Shown here: positions 1 to 8,195 of the stretch, in pieces
Layout: every line of letters begins with the position of its first letter
How positions within the stretch are numbered: the stretch's first letter is position 1
Source: a virus
Length of the DNA stretch: 64,000 nucleotides
Reading direction: 5' to 3' (one strand)
Virus record (IMG/VR): IMGVR_UViG_3300037418_002743
Coordinates: 41,276-105,275 of that record
Program-made: the position numbers and the translations under genes
Notes under the pieces: generated by a model
What the model was told of the DNA's origin: nothing
Databases searched by the model: none
The model's input: the letters and a program-made list of their open reading frames with translations, nothing else

Positions 1-25
1 CAGACCGCGCCGGGCCCTTCGTGTG

Positions 26-232
26 TCAGAGGCGGCGGGCGTTCATCCAGTCCGCGCCCCAGCGGGCGGAGCCCTCGGCGCAGAGTCGCAGCCACTGCTC
101 GTTGTTGGTCGTGGCGACGGCGAGGGCGGCCTCGGAGCCGTCGGCGAAGGCGAGGTCCCGGGTCTCGGCGAGCCCGTCGGCCAGGGCTCCGGCCTCGGCG
201 GCGGTGAGGTTCGCGGTCATCGTGTTCGTCAT
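26..232 (-). CDS. Small hypothetical protein (MTNTM..., leaderless, 68 aa)
   Basis: ATG 6 nt downstream of TATGGT -10 of operator-promoter at 243-259. Confidence 0.75.
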   Translation of the reverse strand: MTNTMTANLTAAEAGALADGLAETRDLAFADGSEAALAVATTNNEQWLRLCAEGSARWGADWMNARRL

Positions 233-238
233 GTGTTC

Positions 239-266
239 ACCATACCGCGCGGTGCGGGAGCTGCAA
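239..266 (-). promoter_or_regulatory. Operator-promoter cassette 1 (TTGCAG-N16-TATGGT; palindrome 243-259)
   Basis: TACCGCG-CGG-TGCGGGA between -35 and -10. Confidence 0.8.
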
Positions 267-272
267 GACCTT

Positions 273-629
273 CTATCCGAGGATGTTCCGGCCGTCCGCA
301 TCCGCCTCGGCGAGGTAGCGCTGCACGTCCTGGATCGCGTGCGCGGCGATGTCGAGGTCGAGGAGCCGACGCACCGGCTCCTTCTCCGCGTCGAGCGCGG
401 CATCCGACACGGCCCGCACCGAGACGCGCTCCATGCGGAGCAGGCGGGCCAGGGCGGCGTGTCCGCGCGTCGTCAGCTCCGCCTCGATGTCGACACGACG
501 CCGGCGGGCGGACATCCGGCCCTCGGTGCGCAGGGAGTGAAGCTCGACGTCGTCGGCGGCCGCCTCCGCGGCGATCGCGGCCCGGTACTCGGCGACGGCG
601 GCGGTGAGGGTGCGCACGGGTGCGGTCAC
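273..629 (-). CDS. Hypothetical helical protein (118 aa)
   Basis: ORF with GAAGGAG RBS, preceded by CUGCCA hairpin. Confidence 0.75.
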   Translation of the reverse strand: MTAPVRTLTAAVAEYRAAIAAEAAADDVELHSLRTEGRMSARRRRVDIEAELTTRGHAALARLLRMERVSVRAVSDAALDAEKEPVRRLLDLDIAAHAIQDVQRYLAEADADGRNILG

Positions 630-658
630 GGTGTTCTCCTTCGGGAGGGAAGACGGAC

Positions 659-680
659 GGCCGTGCTGGCAGGCGCGGCC
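659..680 (-). promoter_or_regulatory. CUGCCA-loop hairpin
   Basis: GGCCGCGC-CTGCCA-GCACGGCC on minus strand, followed by TCCCTCCC and RBS. Confidence 0.7.
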
Positions 681-717
681 CTCCGGGGTGAGCGTGAGCG
701 GAATCGTGGGGAGTCGG

Positions 718-1491
718 CTATGACGCGGAGCGCACGTGAAGCTTCCCGTCCTCCCCGTGGACGAAGTGCCCGGACTCGCAGAGCTGGGCGATCACCGCGT
801 CAATGCCGTCGGTGCGCTCCAGCAGGGTGGCGATCGCCGTCTTGCTCGTCCCGCCGTGCCACTCCCCCCGCTCGATCCGCTCCCTGATCTTCGCCACGGT
901 CGCGGCGATGGCCCGCCGACGCTGCCCGCCGACGATCGCCGCGGCCTCCTCGAGCGACCGCGCCGGAGCGGGCCCGGGCTTCGTCTTGCGGTTGATGCGG
1001 TAGGTCTCGACCTGGCTGCGGAGCCAGTAGCCGTCGAGCACCGGGCGCGGGAAGCCGGTGTTGTCCCGGCCCGCCTTCCGGTCGGACTCCAGCTGGTAGA
1101 CGCGCTGGCGGGTCACGCCCAGCTTCTCGGCGAACTCCGCGACGCTCACGACGTCCGGCATCGCGACGGCGTGGAGCCGCTGGGCCACTACCTCATCGGA
1201 GGTGAGCTCGACCTGATCCCAGCCGGTCACGCGGTAGCCGTGCCCGGCGAGGACGCCGACCAGGCAGTTCGCGGCGCGGGTGAGCCGACTGGGCAGCGCG
1301 GTGGGCGTGACCTCGTCGTCATCGTCAATGAGGACCTGGCCCTGCACGAGGTACGCGCCGTCCTGATCGTAGGAGCACATTCCGCCGATGAGCTGGGAGT
1401 CGGCAGCCCAGGCGCGGGACAGCGTCATGGCGGCGTCGGGGTGCATGGGGCGATCAAGGCGGACGCCGAGAGTCAGCGCGTGCGATGTCAT
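718..1491 (-). CDS. AlpA/excisionase-like HTH DNA-binding protein with extra N- and C-terminal domains
   Basis: VVSVAEFAEKLGVTRQRVYQL...FPRPV...WLRSQVETY motif; leaderless-type promoter TTGACG-N17-GATGAT just upstream. Confidence 0.7.
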   Translation of the reverse strand: MTSHALTLGVRLDRPMHPDAAMTLSRAWAADSQLIGGMCSYDQDGAYLVQGQVLIDDDDEVTPTALPSRLTRAANCLVGVLAGHGYRVTGWDQVELTSDEVVAQRLHAVAMPDVVSVAEFAEKLGVTRQRVYQLESDRKAGRDNTGFPRPVLDGYWLRSQVETYRINRKTKPGPAPARSLEEAAAIVGGQRRRAIAATVAKIRERIERGEWHGGTSKTAIATLLERTDGIDAVIAQLCESGHFVHGEDGKLHVRSAS

Positions 1492-1598
1492 GTCAGCATC
1501 ATCCGGTGTCGCTTTCACATCGTCAAGCCGGGCTAGGTGCCCGGTTAGGCTGGCCGGGCGGCCGGGGGAGGGTCCCACTCCCCCGACCGCCCGTTCCC

Positions 1599-1856
1599 TC
1601 AGTTCATCCCCGGGTCGGGATCGCTCCCGAGCACCGGCCCCAGCCGGAACCACCTCGGCCCTTCCGCCTCCGCGAAGGAGGCGATGGCTGCCGCAAGCAG
1701 CAGCTCAAGCGCCTCGTCCTCGAGGACGATCCGGGGGAGGTGCCATGCCGTGCCGGGTACCGCCTTGCTCTGGATCACCAGGTCCTCCTCGTTGAGGTGG
1801 AAGGTGTATCCGCGAGCGCGGAGCCCGAGGACGAACTGATCGGCCAGCTCAGTCAC
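1599..1856 (-). CDS. Hypothetical protein
   Basis: GTG start with AGGAG RBS. Confidence 0.6.
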   Translation of the reverse strand: MTELADQFVLGLRARGYTFHLNEEDLVIQSKAVPGTAWHLPRIVLEDEALELLLAAAIASFAEAEGPRWFRLGPVLGSDPDPGMN

Positions 1857-1933
1857 TGAGCCGCTCCTCTCTGTTGAGTTATCGCTTACAAGAACTAACG
1901 TAAGTCTCGCGGGAGGGTCGCGCAAGACTTATC

Positions 1934-1950
1934 TACCGCGCTCTGCGGTA
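1934..1950 (-). promoter_or_regulatory. Operator palindrome 2 (degenerate promoter)
   Basis: TACCGCG-CTC-TGCGGTA. Confidence 0.65.
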
Positions 1951-2077
1951 GCGTCCGCACCGTTGGATTGACGGGTAATTAGGACCATGACCTGCGTCAA
2001 CCAGAGAGAGTCACCGCGTGAGGCCGGGCGGGTGATCCCGCACCTCCGTCGAGGGGACCGCCCGTCGCCGTCACCGC

Positions 2078-2359
2078 TCACCGGGCACGTTTGATCCCTG
2101 CCCGGTCCGCTACCGCCTCCCAGGAGTCCGCGTGCCCCTCCGCCTGCAGCGCCTGAGCGCGCCGGTAGAGCGCGACCTCGCGGTCCGCGGTCCTGTACTG
2201 CCGGGAGGCCGGATCCGCCCCGTCGCGGCGCGCTGTGGCGTCCCGGAGCCACTCCGCGATCCGCTCCGCCGGGTAGACGTGCGCGATGTTGAGCGCCTGC
2301 GCCTCCGCGGTGCGGGCCGCCCGCTCCGCCATGCGCTCCAGCGCGGTCTTCGCGGGCAT
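2078..2359 (-). CDS. Hypothetical protein
   Basis: ORF coupled to upstream gene. Confidence 0.65.
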   Translation of the reverse strand: MPAKTALERMAERAARTAEAQALNIAHVYPAERIAEWLRDATARRDGADPASRQYRTADREVALYRRAQALQAEGHADSWEAVADRAGIKRAR

Positions 2360-2556
2360 CACGCGCCCCAGATCGCGACGGCGGAGGCCTCGACGAGGAC
2401 GGTGTGCCGCCCGTCGGTCACGTACACGCAGCCCTCGTGGGCGTGCGAGTGCACCTCGACGGGCGTGCCGACCATGATCACGCCGTACTTCTCGCCGGGC
2501 CGGGCGATCATGATGTCCCGGGTGGTCTCCCCCGCGAGCATCACCGGCGCGCTCAT
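2359..2556 (-). CDS. Small hypothetical beta-rich protein (65 aa)
   Basis: Overlapping start/stop coupling. Confidence 0.65.
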   Translation of the reverse strand: MSAPVMLAGETTRDIMIARPGEKYGVIMVGTPVEVHSHAHEGCVYVTDGRHTVLVEASAVAIWGA

Positions 2557-2783
2557 CGCGCACCCGCCGCCGGGTAGAGCCGCGCCATCGTCGTGTGCAG
2601 CTCTCCGCCGTGGTCGCGGAGGCTCAGGCGCGCGAGCTCCTGGACGCGGCCGGTGTGCGGGGACCGGATCGAGAAGACCGCCTCGATGACGACGGGGGCG
2701 GGCGCGCCGGAGGGCATGGTCCAGCCGAGCGGGAGCAGCGCCTCCCAGCGGGGGGCGTGCGGGTCGAGGTCGGTGAGCTGCAT
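2553..2783 (-). CDS. Small hypothetical protein (76 aa)
   Basis: GAAGGAGACC RBS; CUGCCA hairpin upstream. Confidence 0.7.
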   Translation of the reverse strand: MQLTDLDPHAPRWEALLPLGWTMPSGAPAPVVIEAVFSIRSPHTGRVQELARLSLRDHGGELHTTMARLYPAAGAR

Positions 2784-2802
2784 GACGGTCTCCTTCGGGG
2801 AG

Positions 2803-2828
2803 GGCCGGGCGCTGGCAGGCGCCCGGCC
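2803..2828 (-). promoter_or_regulatory. CUGCCA-loop hairpin (perfect 10-bp stem)
   Basis: GGCCGGGCGC-CTGCCA-GCGCCCGGCC. Confidence 0.75.
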
Positions 2829-2850
2829 GGCGGGAGGGATGAGGGGCGTG

Positions 2851-3201
2851 TCAGGCGGGGTCGACGCCGTAGACGACGGCGCCCGGGTACTCGTCCTCGA
2901 ACGCCTCTCGGGCGGCGAGGGAGTCGACCGCGGTCACGGTGGCGATGTCGCGGATGGTGCGGCCGCGGGAGGTCTCGGTGCGGTACCAGACGCGGTAGGG
3001 CCGGGGGCCGTTCGCGGCGGCGGCTCGCTCGGCGGCGGTGAGTTCGTCGGCGATGTGGCCGATCGCGAGGGCGCCGACGGTGCCGGAGGCGACGAGGGCG
3101 GCGGCGGTGGCGCGGGCGGCGGCGGTGGCGCGGAGGTCCTCGCGGAGCTGGGCGGCGGTGCGGGAGGGAAGGGCGGAGGTGGCAGCCTCGGGGTTCGTCA
3201 T
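2851..3201 (-). CDS. Hypothetical protein (MTNPE..., leaderless)
   Basis: ATG 6 nt from -10 of cassette 3. Confidence 0.75.
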   Translation of the reverse strand: MTNPEAATSALPSRTAAQLREDLRATAAARATAAALVASGTVGALAIGHIADELTAAERAAAANGPRPYRVWYRTETSRGRTIRDIATVTAVDSLAAREAFEDEYPGAVVYGVDPA

Positions 3202-3207
3202 GCGTTA

Positions 3208-3235
3208 ACCATACCGCATGACGCGGTGAGCACAA
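3208..3235 (-). promoter_or_regulatory. Operator-promoter cassette 3 (TTGTGC-N16-TATGGT)
   Basis: Palindrome TACCGCA-TGA-CGCGGTG at 3212-3228. Confidence 0.8.
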
Positions 3236-3541
3236 GGGTGGCGACACCATTGCCGTTCCCCTCCGCACGTCCGGCCCCCATCTCGGTCCGCTCGGAGGGG
3301 TGCCATGCCTCCGCCCTTAGGCTTCCTAGTACGGCGATCAGGAGGGCTCGGGACGGCGTCAGGACGGCCGTCCGCTACTGGTGCACACGCGATGAAGGAG
3401 GACGTCTCTCATGACCCACAGACGGGCCCGGGCCCCGGCCCGGACAGTGAGATCGGGACCGCCCTGGTCCGGCGATCCCGATCTCGGCAAGACGCTCATC
3501 GGCACGATCAACCAGGCAGTTTCTCGAACGGAGGTCTCGCG

Positions 3542-3805
3542 ATGGCGAGAGTACGCAAGGAAGTCAAGCGGGTCGTGGCGCGGCTCCGGCCCACGACGGA
3601 GGCGGGCCCGATCGGGTGGCCGGACGTGGCCCTGGGCGTGATCGCCCTGCTCGGGCCGCTGCTCGCGACCAGCACGACGGACCCGGCGGCGACGGAGCGG
3701 CTCGTGCGGATCCTCCGCTGGGTGTGCGCGCTCGTCTTCCTGGGCGCGGTCGCCGTGCTGGCGTACCGGCTCCCCTTCGGCGAGCTGGTCACGCTCCTGA
3801 CCTGA
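3542..3805 (+). CDS. Small two-TM membrane protein
   Basis: GGAGG RBS; two hydrophobic segments; followed by hairpin. Confidence 0.6.
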   Translation: MARVRKEVKRVVARLRPTTEAGPIGWPDVALGVIALLGPLLATSTTDPAATERLVRILRWVCALVFLGAVAVLAYRLPFGELVTLLT

Positions 3806-3823
3806 CCCGCCCCGCTCCGGCGC

Positions 3824-3858
3824 GAAGGCCCGTCCCCTCTCCCGTGGGGCGGGCCTTC
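3824..3858. terminator. Hairpin between convergent genes
   Basis: GAAGGCCCG...CGGGCCTTC inverted repeat. Confidence 0.55.
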
Positions 3859-3900
3859 GTCGTGGGGCCGGCGGCTCCCCGAGGAACTTCGACCCGATCT

Positions 3901-4020
3901 TCAACGACGTCGGGCGGCGGCGCGGAGGTCCCGCAGCTCCGCAAGCTCGGCGTCGGTGAGCCCGCGCCGGCGCATCAGGGCCTCGAGGTCGTCGAGGCGG
4001 TCGAGGTCGTCGAGGTCCAT
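3901..4020 (-). CDS. Micro-protein MDLDDLDRLDDLEALMRRRGLTDAELAELRDLRAAARRR (39 aa)
   Basis: GAAGGAGACC RBS and CCCTCCC motif; below ORF track cutoff. Confidence 0.6.
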   Translation of the reverse strand: MDLDDLDRLDDLEALMRRRGLTDAELAELRDLRAAARRR

Positions 4021-4050
4021 GACGGTCTCCTTCGGGAGGGGCCGGAGCGG

Positions 4051-4272
4051 CTAGAAGCCGCGGTAGGCGTCCTTGACCGCCTCGAATCGATCCCGGAACT
4101 CGTTCATGACGCGGAGGTCGCGGCGGAGCAGGCGGCCGCGCTCCGGGGTCACGACGCCGTTGGGGATCTCGCGGAGCAGGGCGCAGAGGCGCTTGTGCTC
4201 GGCCCAGAGGTCGGTGATGGAGAGGGTGGAGGGGCGGCCGGTGGTCTTGCGGGGCTTCGTGGTGTTCGTCAT
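4051..4272 (-). CDS. Small hypothetical protein (MTNTT..., leaderless)
   Basis: ATG 6 nt from -10 of cassette 4. Confidence 0.75.
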   Translation of the reverse strand: MTNTTKPRKTTGRPSTLSITDLWAEHKRLCALLREIPNGVVTPERGRLLRRDLRVMNEFRDRFEAVKDAYRGF

Positions 4273-4278
4273 GCGTTA

Positions 4279-4306
4279 ACAATACCGCGCTACACGGTAG
4301 TTACAA
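4279..4306 (-). promoter_or_regulatory. Operator-promoter cassette 4 (TTGTAA-N16-TATTGT)
   Basis: TACCGCG-CTA-CACGGTA at 4283-4299. Confidence 0.8.
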
Positions 4307-4338
4307 GGGCTGTAGAGCGAGACCGGTAAAGAAATAAC

Positions 4339-4375
4339 GCGGCCCGGTCCCCCACCAGCCGAGGACCGGGCCGCT
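4339..4375. terminator. GC-rich hairpin terminator
   Basis: GCGGCCCGGTCC...GGACCGGGCCGC with TTATTTCTTT on minus strand. Confidence 0.6.
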
Positions 4376-4404
4376 CTACCGGCGGGACGCCGCCGGGGCT
4401 CACA

Positions 4405-4797
4405 TCACGACAGCTGGAAGACCAGCTGCGCGGAGTCGATCTCGGAGGAGAAGGAGCGGAGCAGGTGCTTCGCCGCGACCCGGACCGCGGAGCCAGCGGC
4501 GTTGGCGAAGGCGGACGACGTCGTCGCCTCGGAGTCGAGGGCCTGACCGATCCGGCTCGCGAGCGAGTCGCGGCGGCGCTCGGCCGGCGCCTTGAGTGTC
4601 GCGGCGAGGATCGCGACCTTCGTCTCGGCGATCACCGCGTCGCGGAGGTAGTGCTCCGCGGCGTAGACGAGGGACGGGCAGTCGGCGATCATCGCCCGCT
4701 GCTTGGTGACGGTCTGCTCGGCGGAGGCGAGCTGGACCTTGAGCGCGTGCTCGAGCTCGACGTCGGTCAGGGCGGCGGAGGCGGGCTTGGTGCTCAT
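4405..4797 (-). CDS. Hypothetical helical protein (130 aa)
   Basis: AAGGAGACC RBS; leader carries CUGCCA hairpin (4825-4844). Confidence 0.75.
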   Translation of the reverse strand: MSTKPASAALTDVELEHALKVQLASAEQTVTKQRAMIADCPSLVYAAEHYLRDAVIAETKVAILAATLKAPAERRRDSLASRIGQALDSEATTSSAFANAAGSAVRVAAKHLLRSFSSEIDSAQLVFQLS

Positions 4798-4858
4798 CGA
4801 GGTCTCCTTGGTTCGGGAGGGAAGGGGCCGCTGGCAGGCGGTCCGTCTTACGTTGTTG

Positions 4859-4886
4859 AGCTTACCGCGGTGCGCGGTGAGTACAA
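4859..4886 (-). promoter_or_regulatory. Operator-promoter cassette 5 (TTGTAC-N16-TAAGCT)
   Basis: TACCGCG-GTG-CGCGGTG at 4863-4879. Confidence 0.8.
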
Positions 4887-4890
4887 GGGC

Positions 4891-5115
4891 TTATGCCCAG
4901 GTGGTTCGGGCCGGGATCTCGACGCCGTACCGGCGGCCGAGGGCGTGCACGGCGGCCTCGTCGGCGACCCGCTTCGTCCAGAGGTGCACGCCGCCGGTGG
5001 CGTTGTAGGCGTCGACGATGAAGCGCTCGTAGTAGGGGTTCCAAGTCACGTAGGCGAAGGGGAGGGCCGGGGTGCCGTCGTCCTCGATGTCCGGGGTGAT
5101 GGTGTTCGTCGTCAT
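4891..5115 (-). CDS. Small hypothetical protein (MTTNT..., leaderless)
   Basis: ATG 6 nt from -10 of cassette 6. Confidence 0.75.
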   Translation of the reverse strand: MTTNTITPDIEDDGTPALPFAYVTWNPYYERFIVDAYNATGGVHLWTKRVADEAAVHALGRRYGVEIPARTTWA

Positions 5116-5121
5116 GACTTC

Positions 5122-5149
5122 ACCATACCGCAGCATGCGGGAGGATCAA
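5122..5149 (-). promoter_or_regulatory. Operator-promoter cassette 6 (TTGATC-N16-TATGGT)
   Basis: TACCGCA-GCA-TGCGGGA at 5126-5142. Confidence 0.8.
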
Positions 5150-5295
5150 GCCTTTCGGCGGGAGGTGACCCAGCGGTCGACCTCGACGCCGCGCTCGTAC
5201 TCGCGGACCTCGAAGTAGACGCGCGGGTCACCGGCCGGGCCGGCGAGCGGCTCCGGGTCCCGGACGGTGCCGGTGAAGTCGGCGGGGATGTTCAT
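5146..5295 (-). CDS. Micro-protein MNIPADFTGTVRDP... (49 aa)
   Basis: GGAG RBS; TGA stop lies within the -35 of cassette 6. Confidence 0.6.
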   Translation of the reverse strand: MNIPADFTGTVRDPEPLAGPAGDPRVYFEVREYERGVEVDRWVTSRRKA

Positions 5296-5307
5296 GACGG
5301 GCTCCGA

Positions 5308-5610
5308 TCAGGCGGCGTGGAAGGGGATCTCGGCGCGGGTGCGGCCCCACGCCCCGCCTTGCGCGGCGGTGTGGCGGCGGAGCGCGTCGAGGTTGGCGAA
5401 GGCGGCGATGGGGCGGGAGCCGATGAGCACTTGGACGGTCGCGCCGCCGGGAGTGCCGTGGAGCGGGATCTCGGTGCGGGTGTAGCCGAGGAGCGCGGAG
5501 CCGCCGCGGGCGGTCATCCAGCGGCGCATCGCGGTGATGTCGGCGAAGGCGCGGATGGGGCGGCCGGCGTCGAGGAGGAGGGTCGCGGTGGGGGCTTCAG
5601 TGTTCGTCAT
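5308..5610 (-). CDS. Hypothetical protein with internal tandem duplication (MTNTE..., leaderless)
   Basis: RPIRAFADITAMRRW...TRTEIPLH / RPIAAFANLDALRRH...TRAEIPFH. Confidence 0.75.
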   Translation of the reverse strand: MTNTEAPTATLLLDAGRPIRAFADITAMRRWMTARGGSALLGYTRTEIPLHGTPGGATVQVLIGSRPIAAFANLDALRRHTAAQGGAWGRTRAEIPFHAA

Positions 5611-5616
5611 GTGATT

Positions 5617-5644
5617 ACCATACCGCGTACCGCGGGAGGTTCAA
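5617..5644 (-). promoter_or_regulatory. Operator-promoter cassette 7 (TTGAAC-N16-TATGGT)
   Basis: TACCGCG-TAC-CGCGGGA at 5621-5637. Confidence 0.8.
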
Positions 5645-5684
5645 GCCCTTCGGCCGGGCGGGTTCGCCCGGCCGGGCCGGAGCC

Positions 5685-5987
5685 CTAGTGCCCGAGGCAC
5701 TTCGCGCAGTCGATCTCGTACCGAGAGGACACGGCGGAGGCGGCGGAGCGGGCGTTGCGGTAGCGCTCGGCGCCGCAGTAGACGCCCACCGTCTTGCCGA
5801 CCGACTCCCCGTAGGCGTTGAGGTAGCGGGTGACCGTGGCGCGGTGCACGGTCTTGGCCTTGCCGACGACCGCGCGGCCGTCGGTGTTCTCCTCGACGGT
5901 GACGACCTGCTTGTGCGCCGGCTTGCCGGCGTCGGCGGCGATCTCGGCGGCGGTGGCGGGGCGGGTGGTGACCGTGGCGTTCGTCAT
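5685..5987 (-). CDS. Hypothetical protein, possible Zn-binding (H...C...CxxC) (MTNAT..., leaderless)
   Basis: VHRA...YCG...DCAKC; ATG 6 nt from -10. Confidence 0.75.
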   Translation of the reverse strand: MTNATVTTRPATAAEIAADAGKPAHKQVVTVEENTDGRAVVGKAKTVHRATVTRYLNAYGESVGKTVGVYCGAERYRNARSAASAVSSRYEIDCAKCLGH

Positions 5988-5993
5988 GTCTTA

Positions 5994-6021
5994 AAGATAC
6001 CGCGTCACGCGGGAGTTTCAA
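5994..6021 (-). promoter_or_regulatory. Operator-promoter cassette 8 (TTGAAA-N16-TATCTT)
   Basis: TACCGCG-TCA-CGCGGGA at 5998-6014. Confidence 0.8.
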
Positions 6022-6203
6022 GCCGCTGAGGCAAGCCAGGTCCAGAACGCTCGCACCGGCCGGGCGATCGCGTCGCAGACGGCGGCGAGGAAGTGCACGA
6101 CGTCCGCGCTGAACGCCACGTACGGGGCGGTGGCCACCGCCGCGACGAGCGCGAGGGCGGCGAGGACCAGGAGGGCGACGGCGGCGCGCTCGGTGGCGTC
6201 CAT
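6018..6203 (-). CDS. Small membrane protein
   Basis: GAAGGAGACC RBS; hydrophobic; stop overlaps -35 of cassette 8. Confidence 0.65.
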   Translation of the reverse strand: MDATERAAVALLVLAALALVAAVATAPYVAFSADVVHFLAAVCDAIARPVRAFWTWLASAA

Positions 6204-6229
6204 GACAGGTCTCCTTCGGATGGGGTCGT

Positions 6230-6460
6230 TCACCGGATGCCGGCGACGTACAGCAGGCCCTCGATGAGCCGGAGCACGAAGACGCCGGCGTCGATGATCG
6301 TGTGGCCGATCAGGGTCCACACGGTCTCGATCATCCCGACGTAGGCGGCCGGGCCGACGATCAGGACGAGGAGCAGGACCGGGAGCAGGCCGAGGCCGGC
6401 GGGGGCGACGGCGTCGATGATCGTGCGGGCGGCGGAGGCGGTGCGTGCGGTGTTCGTCAT
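6230..6460 (-). CDS. Small membrane protein (MTNTA..., leaderless)
   Basis: Hydrophobic; cassette 9 upstream. Confidence 0.7.
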   Translation of the reverse strand: MTNTARTASAARTIIDAVAPAGLGLLPVLLLVLIVGPAAYVGMIETVWTLIGHTIIDAGVFVLRLIEGLLYVAGIR

Positions 6461-6467
6461 GCCGTTG

Positions 6468-6538
6468 AGCTTGCCGCGCGGTGCGGTGTGGTTCAAGAGG
6501 TAGTTTCCTCTTGAGTCCGCCGCATAGAGCGGTATGGT
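6468..6538. promoter_or_regulatory. Divergent operator-promoter cassettes 9 (-, 6472-6488) and 10 (+, 6518-6534; TTGAGT-N16-TATGGT)
   Basis: TGCCGCG-CGG-TGCGGTG and CGCCGCA-TAG-AGCGGTA. Confidence 0.75.
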
Positions 6539-6544
6539 TGTTGC

Positions 6545-6787
6545 ATGACGACGACGGAGCTTGCCGCGGACCACCTCTCCGACGAGGACTTCGCCCTCGC
6601 CGAGCGGATCCTCGACCGCCTCTGCGCCAAGGGCGACCGGAGGGCGTACAGCCCCTCCGAGATCGGCCGGATCGCGAAGGCCGAGACCTCCGCAGTGCGC
6701 CGGGTCCTCCCCGTGCTCGTCGAGGACGGGAACCTCGCCGTGGCCGGGAACGGCGCCTGGCGCCGCTACACCTTCGTGATGGGCTGA
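6545..6787 (+). CDS. Small winged-HTH DNA-binding protein (leaderless)
   Basis: YSPSEIGRIAKAETSAVRRVLPVLVEDGNL...RRY wHTH pattern. Confidence 0.7.
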   Translation: MTTTELAADHLSDEDFALAERILDRLCAKGDRRAYSPSEIGRIAKAETSAVRRVLPVLVEDGNLAVAGNGAWRRYTFVMG

Positions 6788-6788
6788 C

Positions 6789-7466
6789 CTACCCGCGCTG
6801 ACGGCGGATCTCGGCGTCCCGCGCGGCGACCCGGGCCCGCCAGGCGGCCCCGCCGTCCGGCGGCTGCAGGTCCGCGATGAGCTGCTCGATCGGCAGCACC
6901 GCCGGCCCCTTCCGCCGCTTCCCGCGCGGCGCAGTGATCGCCGCCCCGCGCTCCGCGGCCGCCGCCTCCACCGCGGACCGCTTGCCGGCCCGCCGCGGAC
7001 GGACCTCCACCCGCGGGAGCGGAGGCGGCGCAGTGCGCTCCTTCGGCTTCCGCGGCTTCGGCTTCGCCCGCGGCGGCGGCGCGCCCTCGATCGGCGGGAG
7101 CGGCGTCACGAGCAGCCAGCACCGGCCCGGCTCACCCTTCACCGGGTCGTGCAGCACCGGCATGTGCTTGCTCATCCGGTACCGGTCATCGTCCGCGACG
7201 ACGCCGGCGTCGACGAGGCCGTCGCAGATCGCCTTGTACGTCGCGACCGGGTTCTCCTCGTCGTACACACCGCGGCGCGGGACCTGCCAGTGCAGCTCGA
7301 CCGCGACCCGCTCATGCGCCCCGACGGTGTAGTCCTCCGCGAGCTCCTTCGCCAGGGCCCGGATCTGCTTCGTCAGCTTCGCCGCCGCGTGCCGGTCGTG
7401 CCGGTCGTTGAGCGACAGCGGCGGACGCTCCCACGGCAGCGGGAGCGTCCACGACTCCGCCGTCAC
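6789..7466 (-). CDS. rusA: RusA-like Holliday junction resolvase
   Basis: PPLSLN...DEENPVATYKAICDGLVDAGVVADDD motif. Confidence 0.75.
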   Translation of the reverse strand: MTAESWTLPLPWERPPLSLNDRHDRHAAAKLTKQIRALAKELAEDYTVGAHERVAVELHWQVPRRGVYDEENPVATYKAICDGLVDAGVVADDDRYRMSKHMPVLHDPVKGEPGRCWLLVTPLPPIEGAPPPRAKPKPRKPKERTAPPPLPRVEVRPRRAGKRSAVEAAAAERGAAITAPRGKRRKGPAVLPIEQLIADLQPPDGGAAWRARVAARDAEIRRQRG

Positions 7467-7858
7467 GCCGCCCCGTTCTCCCGCCCGGCGGCACGCTTCC
7501 GGGCCTGCGTCGACCGGCCGCCGTGCTTCCCCGACTCCCGGGCGTTCGCCTTCCGGGCGCCCTCGGTGCGCTCCTCGTGCAGCAGCGCCCGGGCGTCGAC
7601 GATCACCTCGCCGAGCAGGCGGTGCCGGGTCTCCCGGTCCATCAGCGGTGACCGGCGGAGGGCGTCGCCGAACCGGCGGGCGCGGGCGTCCGCGTCGTCC
7701 CGGCGGGCCGTCATGAGCACCTGGGCGAGGCGGAGCGCGCACTCGGTGTGGTGCTGCCAGCAGTCGAGGGAGTGCTCCGCCCGCCAGGCCTTCTTCGACC
7801 CGAGCGGGCGGGCGACGACGAGGCCGAGCTCGGTGGTGGTCGGGGCGGGGTCGGTCAC
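7463..7858 (-). CDS. Hypothetical protein
   Basis: GTG start with GGAGG RBS, coupled. Confidence 0.6.
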   Translation of the reverse strand: MTDPAPTTTELGLVVARPLGSKKAWRAEHSLDCWQHHTECALRLAQVLMTARRDDADARARRFGDALRRSPLMDRETRHRLLGEVIVDARALLHEERTEGARKANARESGKHGGRSTQARKRAAGRENGAA

Positions 7859-8076
7859 CCGTGTCCTCCGGTGATGATCAGGCTCAGGAGCGCGTACTCG
7901 AGCCAGAGAGCGATGGGGCCGACGACGGCGAGGATCGTGCCGGCGATGAGCGCGGTCTCGATGCGGTGCCGCCAGGGGCTGGGGCACGGGAGGCGGATCC
8001 CGGTCGCTTTGCCGCCCAGATTCGCCGCTGCGCCGCGATCGGGGGTCGGTCGATACTGGGCGGCCGGGAGGATCAT
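7855..8076 (-). CDS. Small membrane protein (start uncertain)
   Basis: C-terminal hydrophobic helix. Confidence 0.45.
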   Translation of the reverse strand: MILPAAQYRPTPDRGAAANLGGKATGIRLPCPSPWRHRIETALIAGTILAVVGPIALWLEYALLSLIITGGHG

Positions 8077-8195
8077 CGGAATCGTCAGATCGTCACTGAG
8101 CCCGTCGTTCCATGATCCGTTTCCGCGGTATGGGGTTTCCGTCGATCCCACCGCACGGTGCGGGGTCCTCATCGGACGGCCGGTGACCTGCGGAT

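Noticed and set aside
239-6538. Repeated palindromes as a CRISPR array or integron attC array
   Set aside because: Spacing is irregular and gene-sized, repeats are degenerate and embedded in promoter geometry, and no cas or integron integrase gene appears in the window
8149-8165. Additional operator copy (CACCGCA-CGG-TGCGGGG), and half-sites at about 25297, 44893 and 51647
   Set aside because: Lack the TA/-10 and -35 context; could be chance in high-GC DNA
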